Source of the DNA: an uncultured Gemmataceae bacterium
Lineage (GTDB): Bacteria; Planctomycetota; Planctomycetia; Gemmatales; Gemmataceae
Assembly: GCA_963750165.1 (NCBI GenBank)
Contig: CAVVPN010000004.1
Location: forward strand, 352,001 to 416,000
DNA: 64,000 nucleotides
Reading direction: 5' to 3'
Below, in pieces: positions 59,226 to 64,000 of the stretch; within the stretch, counting starts at the first letter, position 1; each line of letters begins with the position of its first letter. The position numbers were made by a program, and so were the translations under genes. The notes beneath the pieces were generated by a model that saw only the letters and a program-made list of their open reading frames with translations, was not told the origin of the DNA and ran no database searches.

Positions 59226-60092
59226 CTAACTTCCCCGCGCCCGTCGCTCCTCCAGATACGCCGCCAACGCCGCCCGCCACGGCCGCAGTGCCGCCACGCC
59301 CGCCGTGCTCAGCGCCGCCGGCGCCAGAACGCTGTACGGCGGTCGCCGGGCCGCGGCGTTGTATTCGCGGCTGCTGATGGCTGCCAGGTCCGGACGCAGG
59401 CCCATCATCTCGAAGATGGCCGCGGCGAACTCGAACCACGTACAGGCACCGGCACTGGTCAGGTGGTACAGGCCGTGCCGCCCCGTCCGCAGCAGCGCCA
59501 CCGTCGCGGCGGCCACGTCCACCGTGTAACTGGGCGTGCAAACCTGGTCGTTGACGACGCGGAGCAGCTGGCCCTGACTGGCCCTGCGCAACATCGTCTC
59601 GACAAAATTGCCGCCCTTGCCGCCGCTGCCCCAGACGCCGTACAGGCCGCAGGTGCGCAGGACGTAGTGCCGCGGCGCCCGCGTCCGTGCCAGGTATTCG
59701 CCCGCCAGCTTGCTCACGCCGTAGACGTTGACCGGCCCCGGCGCGTCCGTTTCGCGGTAGGGCGTGGACCGTCCGGCGTCGAGGCCGAAGACGTAATCGC
59801 TGCTGAAGTGAACGAGGGTGCAATCGAACTCGCGGCACAGGTCCGCCAGGCGGCCGACACCCCAGGCGTTGACGGCGCAGGCCACGTCGGGCTCGGACTC
59901 GGCCCGGTCCACGAAGTTGTACGCCGCACAGTTGACGACCACGTCCGGCCGGGCCGCGGCGAGGGCGGCGCGGAGCGTGTCGGGGCGCGTCAGGTCGGCC
60001 TGGGCGCGCGGCAGCGGCAGCACCTCGCCTTCCAGACGCGGGCACAGGTCGCGGCCGAGCTGGCCGGTCGCTCCAAGGACGGCGTATTTCAA
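59226..60092 (-). CDS. rfbD: dTDP-4-dehydrorhamnose reductase
   Basis: GATGQLG, NCAAYNFVDRAE, SSDYVF, YGVSK, DQVCTPS, RPPYS. Confidence 0.93.
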   Translation of the reverse strand: MKYAVLGATGQLGRDLCPRLEGEVLPLPRAQADLTRPDTLRAALAAARPDVVVNCAAYNFVDRAESEPDVACAVNAWGVGRLADLCREFDCTLVHFSSDYVFGLDAGRSTPYRETDAPGPVNVYGVSKLAGEYLARTRAPRHYVLRTCGLYGVWGSGGKGGNFVETMLRRASQGQLLRVVNDQVCTPSYTVDVAAATVALLRTGRHGLYHLTSAGACTWFEFAAAIFEMMGLRPDLAAISSREYNAAARRPPYSVLAPAALSTAGVAALRPWRAALAAYLEERRARGS

Positions 60093-60316
60093 GGCGGGCC
60101 TCCGTTCGGTTCGTGTTGGAATTACTGATCGCGGATCTTGAGCCGGACGCGCGCACGAGCCCAGCCCTGCGTGAGGTATTTTAGCTGCGAATCATCCGCG
60201 TCTACGAGGCGCAGGGGAAAACCGTGGAAGCCGGCGCCTGGCGCGATAAGCTACTGAAGGAGCATCCCAAAAATGCCGCCGCCAGGGCGGTCAAGTAGCC
60301 GCAGCCGCGAAACCCC

Positions 60317-61318
60317 ATGCTCAGCACGCCGCGCATTAACGACTTCCTGGAGCGCCTGCCGCGCCTGGCCATCGGCGTGCTGGGCGACCTGTTCCTCGAC
60401 CGTTACCTGGACCTTGACGGCCGGCTGACGGAGCCGTCGATTGAGACGGGCCTGGACGCCTATCAGGTCACGGCGGTGCGGGCGTCTCCGGGTGCGGCGG
60501 GCACGGTGCTCAACAACCTCGTGGCCCTGGGCGTCGGCCGTGTTGTGCCCATCGCGGTGATCGGCGACGACGGCGAGGGCCACGAACTGTGGCAGGCGCT
60601 GCAACGGCTGTCGGGCGTGGACCTGACGCACGTCCGCCGCACCGACCGGCCCGGCTTCCGCACGCCAACCTACACCAAGCCGATGCTGCACCAGCCGGGA
60701 CAGCCGCCGCGCGAGCTGGACCGCCTCGACATCAAGAACCGCCGGCCGCTGCCCGAAACCGAGGCCTTCGTCTTGCAGGCGCTGACAGCGGCGTGGCCGC
60801 GGCTGGACGCGCTGGTGGTCGTCGATCAGGTCAGCGAGGCGGAGTGCGGCGTCGTGACCACGGCGGTGCGGCGGGCGCTGGCGAACCTGGGGCAGCGCGA
60901 CCCGGCGAAATTCGTGCTGGCCGACAGCCGCGCACGCATCGACCTGTTCGAGGGCGTGTCGCTGAAGCCGAACCATGCGGAGTGTGTGCGGGCGGTCGGC
61001 GGCAGTGTCGGCGAACTGGCGCGGCGCTGCGGACGGCCGGTGTTCTGCACGCTGGGCGAGCGCGGCATCCTGGTGGCGCGGCCGGGAGAGGAGGGCGAGC
61101 TGGTGCCGGGCTATCCGGTGGCGGGACCAGTCGATATTGTTGGGGCGGGCGACAGCACGAGTGCGGGCATTGCGTGTGCGCTGGCCGCCGGCGCGACGCT
61201 GACCGAGGCGGCGGCGTTCGGCAATTTGGTAGCGTCGATCACGATTCAGCAACTCGGCACCACCGGGACCGCGACGCAGGCGCAGGTGCGGCAGCGCTGG
61301 CGCGAGGTCCAGGGGTGA
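60317..61318 (+). CDS. PfkB-family carbohydrate kinase (HldE/RfaE kinase-like)
   Basis: VLGDLFLDRY, PGAAGTV, KPN, TLGERG, DIVGAGD. Confidence 0.9.
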   Translation: MLSTPRINDFLERLPRLAIGVLGDLFLDRYLDLDGRLTEPSIETGLDAYQVTAVRASPGAAGTVLNNLVALGVGRVVPIAVIGDDGEGHELWQALQRLSGVDLTHVRRTDRPGFRTPTYTKPMLHQPGQPPRELDRLDIKNRRPLPETEAFVLQALTAAWPRLDALVVVDQVSEAECGVVTTAVRRALANLGQRDPAKFVLADSRARIDLFEGVSLKPNHAECVRAVGGSVGELARRCGRPVFCTLGERGILVARPGEEGELVPGYPVAGPVDIVGAGDSTSAGIACALAAGATLTEAAAFGNLVASITIQQLGTTGTATQAQVRQRWREVQG

Positions 61319-61326
61319 GAAATGTG

Positions 61327-61354
61327 TTGCGACCGGCCCGGCGCGCGTTACACT
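61327..61354 (+). promoter_or_regulatory. Candidate sigma70 promoter
   Basis: TTGCGA-N16-TACACT followed by AGGAGG. Confidence 0.5.
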
Positions 61355-61374
61355 CAATTCAGGAGGGATGAACG

Positions 61375-61536
61375 ATGCGAATCCCTGGACTCAAGCCGTC
61401 ACAACTGATTTTCGTCCTCGCGGTGGCTTCTGCCCTGTTCGGGGGTTATCACATCCTGGTGGAGAGCACAAAGCCGCAGCCGATACCAGATGTCCAGATG
61501 CACTACTCTGACGTTCGTGAAGGATGGATTGAATAA
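61375..61536 (+). CDS. Small single-TM protein (53 aa), absent from the ORF track
   Basis: MRIPGLKPSQLIFVLAVASALFGGYHILVESTKPQPIPDVQMHYSDVREGWIE; AGGAGG RBS; fills the spacer between convergent genes. Confidence 0.65.
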   Translation: MRIPGLKPSQLIFVLAVASALFGGYHILVESTKPQPIPDVQMHYSDVREGWIE

Positions 61537-61546
61537 GCGCCGACTC

Positions 61547-61825
61547 CTACGACTCCTCCAAATCCTGCTTCAGCGCGTCGCGCTCCCGCCGGGTCGCGTC
61601 GAGGTCGAACAGCAGGTACTTCACGTCCAGCTGCAATTGTTCAACCGCCTCCTGGGCGATCTGGATGAGCCGGCCCTGCAGCCGGGTGAAATAGCACACC
61701 TTGTCCACCAGCGGCCCCAGGCGGTCCACCAGCACGCGCGGCAGATGATCGATCTGCCGCTGCAACTCCACCAACTCCTGGGGCAGTTGGTCTTTCGGAC
61801 AGGCCAGGCGCATCGGTTCCGGCAC
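61547..61825 (-). CDS. Conserved planctomycete coiled-coil hypothetical protein
   Basis: AAGGAG RBS before GTG; IAQEAVEQLQLDVKYLLFDLDATRRERD. Confidence 0.75.
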   Translation of the reverse strand: MPEPMRLACPKDQLPQELVELQRQIDHLPRVLVDRLGPLVDKVCYFTRLQGRLIQIAQEAVEQLQLDVKYLLFDLDATRRERDALKQDLEES

Positions 61826-62082
61826 GGGCAGCTCCTTTTCACCAGAAAAAATCCGCGAGGAGGCGATCTTCCCCTCTCTGCAATCGTGGTGCCGCAACCG
61901 TCCGTTCACAGCACTTGTTTCCTAACCGCTGCCTCATCAGATGCTTATGGCCGGACCAGTCCGATGGCGGGCCGGCGCGGATGTTAACCTTTCGCAACAA
62001 GACTGCTCTTCCCTGTTAGCGCCGCGTCTGGTAAAAGCCCTGCCCCAACTGGGGACATTCCACGCACGCGGAGGGCCCTGTC

Positions 62083-64000
62083 ATGTCGATGCGTTTTCGG
62101 CCCAGCGCCACGGCCGTCCGCCGTGCCGCCGTGCTGCTGCTCGTCCTGACGCCGTTCGCCGCGGCGCTGCTGCCCGGCCGCGGTCAGCAGATGTACCGCA
62201 ACAGTTTCGAGGGTCACAAGCCGCTCTGGATCAAGGGCGCCGCCGATGCCGACTTTGAAGAAACCATCCACGCCATGAGCGACACCGGCGCCTTCAGCGG
62301 CCAGCGCTGCGAGTATCTGCAAATCAACGCCCGGCAGGGCAAGTACATTTATTACCAGTATCCCACCGCCCGCGCCTCCCATCAGCGACGAACTCAAGGT
62401 CAGCATGTTCGTGCGCTCGAATCGGCCCGGCATCCAGCTCATGGCCCGGGTCGTGCTGCCCAAGGAGAAGGACCCCAACAACCTCACCGACTGCCTGACG
62501 ACCATCCTCCGCGACGACCGCCCCGATCGGCGCGGCAGCGACTCGTACACCACCGTCGGCCGCTGGCAGCACCTCGAACTGGGCCGCACCGTCGCGCTGA
62601 GCAAGCAGCAGCAGCAACTCATGCAGGCCCAGCTGAAACGGGCCGTCGATTTCACCGACGCCTACATCGACATGCTCCTGCTCAACGTCTACACCGGCCC
62701 CGGCACCACCGAGGTCTGGATCGACGAGCTGGAGCTGGGCCCCGTCCTGGAAAACACCACGCCGAAGTTGGGCACCATGGTGTCGAATCCCGGCCCCGCC
62801 GCGCCTCGGGCCCCGGCCTGGTGCGCTTTCGGGGCAGACATCTGGAGGTCGGCGACAAGCGCGTCTTCTTCCGCGGCATCCGCCACACGGACACGCCCAT
62901 CGACAAGCTGCGCGCCGCCGGCTTCAACACCCTGTTCCTCGAGCCCGGCGCCAGCCGCGAGGAGTTGCGCCAGGCCGTGGACAACGGCTTTTACCTGGTG
63001 CCGTCGCTGCCGGTCGCCGAGAACGATTCGCGCTACGTCTCGGCCCAGGACCTGGAGCGAACGTTCCGCACCTTCCCCGATGTCGAGCACGTCCTGTTCT
63101 GGAACCTCGGCAACGCCCTGGCCAACGAGCAGACCAGGGTGGTGGCGGACGCGGCGCAATGGCTGCACACGGCGGACAAGCAGCGGCCGGTGTGCGTCGA
63201 TGCCTGGGACGGTTTGAGCCGCTATTCCAACGCCGTCGATCTGCTCGGCGTCCACCGCTGGCCGCTGGCGACCGGCATGGAACTGCCGCAGTATCGCGAA
63301 TGGCTCGAACAGCGCGGCCGACTGGCCAACCCGGACACCTTCCTGTGGACGTGGGTGCAGACGCACCTGCCCGACTCCACCACACGGTTGCTCTACGACC
63401 GACCGGCGGCGGCCGGCTTCAGTGAGCCAATCGGGCCGCAACCGGAGCACCTGCGTCTGCTGGCGTGGATAGCGGTCGGCTCGGGCTATCGCGGCATCAC
63501 CTACTGGTCGGATCGCTTCCTGGCCGACAGCCACCAGGGCCGCGACCGGTTGCTGACGCTGGCCCTGGTGAACCAGGAACTGGACATGCTGGAACCGCTG
63601 CTGGTGCAGGTGGACAACCCACCGGTGTGGATCGGCACGTCGAGCCCGGAGGTGTTCGCGGCGGTGCTGCGCTGCAAGAACGCCGTGCTGGTGCTGCCGA
63701 TGTGGATCGGCCCGGGCGGCCAGTTCGTGCCCGGCCAGGCGGCATTCAACAAGCTCAGCCTGACGGTGCCGCACGTGCCGCAGAGCTGGCAGTGCTGGGA
63801 AATTTCGCCCGGCGACACACGCAGCTACATCCCCGTGCGCCAGCCCGGCGGCTCGCAGGTCACCCTCCCGGAATTCGGCCTGACGACGGCCCTGGTCTTC
63901 ACCGCGGACACGAACATGATTATCCGCTTTCAGGAGCAGGCCCGCAGCAAGCGCCAGCGGGCCGCCGAGTGGACGTACGACCTGGCCGTCAAGGAACTGG
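62083..64000 (+). CDS. Large secreted hypothetical protein (possible glycoside-hydrolase-like barrel), 3'-truncated; compensating frameshifts ~62377 and ~62805
   Basis: GGAGG RBS and signal peptide; protein-like text switches frame at 62378-62800 then returns; LRAAGFNTL, LFWNLG. Confidence 0.7.
   Translation, partial: MSMRFRPSATAVRRAAVLLLVLTPFAAALLPGRGQQMYRNSFEGHKPLWIKGAADADFEETIHAMSDTGAFSGQRCEYLQINARQGKYIYYQYPTARASHQRRTQGQHVRALESARHPAHGPGRAAQGEGPQQPHRLPDDHPPRRPPRSARQRLVHHRRPLAAPRTGPHRRAEQAAAATHAGPAETGRRFHRRLHRHAPAQRLHRPRHHRGLDRRAGAGPRPGKHHAEVGHHGVESRPRRASGPGLVRFRGRHLEVGDKRVFFRGIRHTDTPIDKLRAAGFNTLFLEPGASREELRQAVDNGFYLVPSLPVAENDSRYVSAQDLERTFRTFPDVEHVLFWNLGNALANEQTRVVADAAQWLHTADKQRPVCVDAWDGLSRYSNAVDLLGVHRWPLATGMELPQYREWLEQRGRLANPDTFLWTWVQTHLPDSTTRLLYDRPAAAGFSEPIGPQPEHLRLLAWIAVGSGYRGITYWSDRFLADSHQGRDRLLTLALVNQELDMLEPLLVQVDNPPVWIGTSSPEVFAAVLRCKNAVLVLPMWIGPGGQFVPGQAAFNKLSLTVPHVPQSWQCWEISPGDTRSYIPVRQPGGSQVTLPEFGLTTALVFTADTNMIIRFQEQARSKRQRAAEWTYDLAVKEL

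Noticed and set aside
567..64000. Frameshifts at ~2241, 2690, 4235, 9580, 17390, 26755, 35780, 62377 and 62805 as pseudogenes or programmed frameshifting
   Set aside because: All are 1-2 nt indels, mostly in G/C runs or GC dinucleotide repeats, with no slippery heptamers or other decay. This fits long-read consensus error; read polishing would decide.

Overview
This is a high-GC chromosomal window, most likely from a Planctomycetota (Gemmatales-like) genome. That inference rests on a TIGR02996 protein, a PVC-type heme protein, an LEPRxLL-like giant surface protein and Gemmata-type WD40 paralogs. Housekeeping genes include mutS, aroC, ltaE, mutM and rfbD. Other content: an M1 aminopeptidase fused to an Omp85-like barrel, a Tat-exported PaoABC-like Mo-oxidoreductase operon, a flavoprotein/ferredoxin/di-heme-b/12-heme cytochrome c operon, a P-type Ca-ATPase and a ~4160-aa adhesin bracketed by a 17-bp inverted repeat. 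Intergenic spacers hold many families of REP/MITE-like palindromes, some nested. About ten 1-2 nt frameshifts in otherwise intact genes look like long-read assembly errors. I found no rRNA, tRNA, CRISPR array or intact transposase/recombinase. All family assignments come from motif recognition by eye, not database searches.
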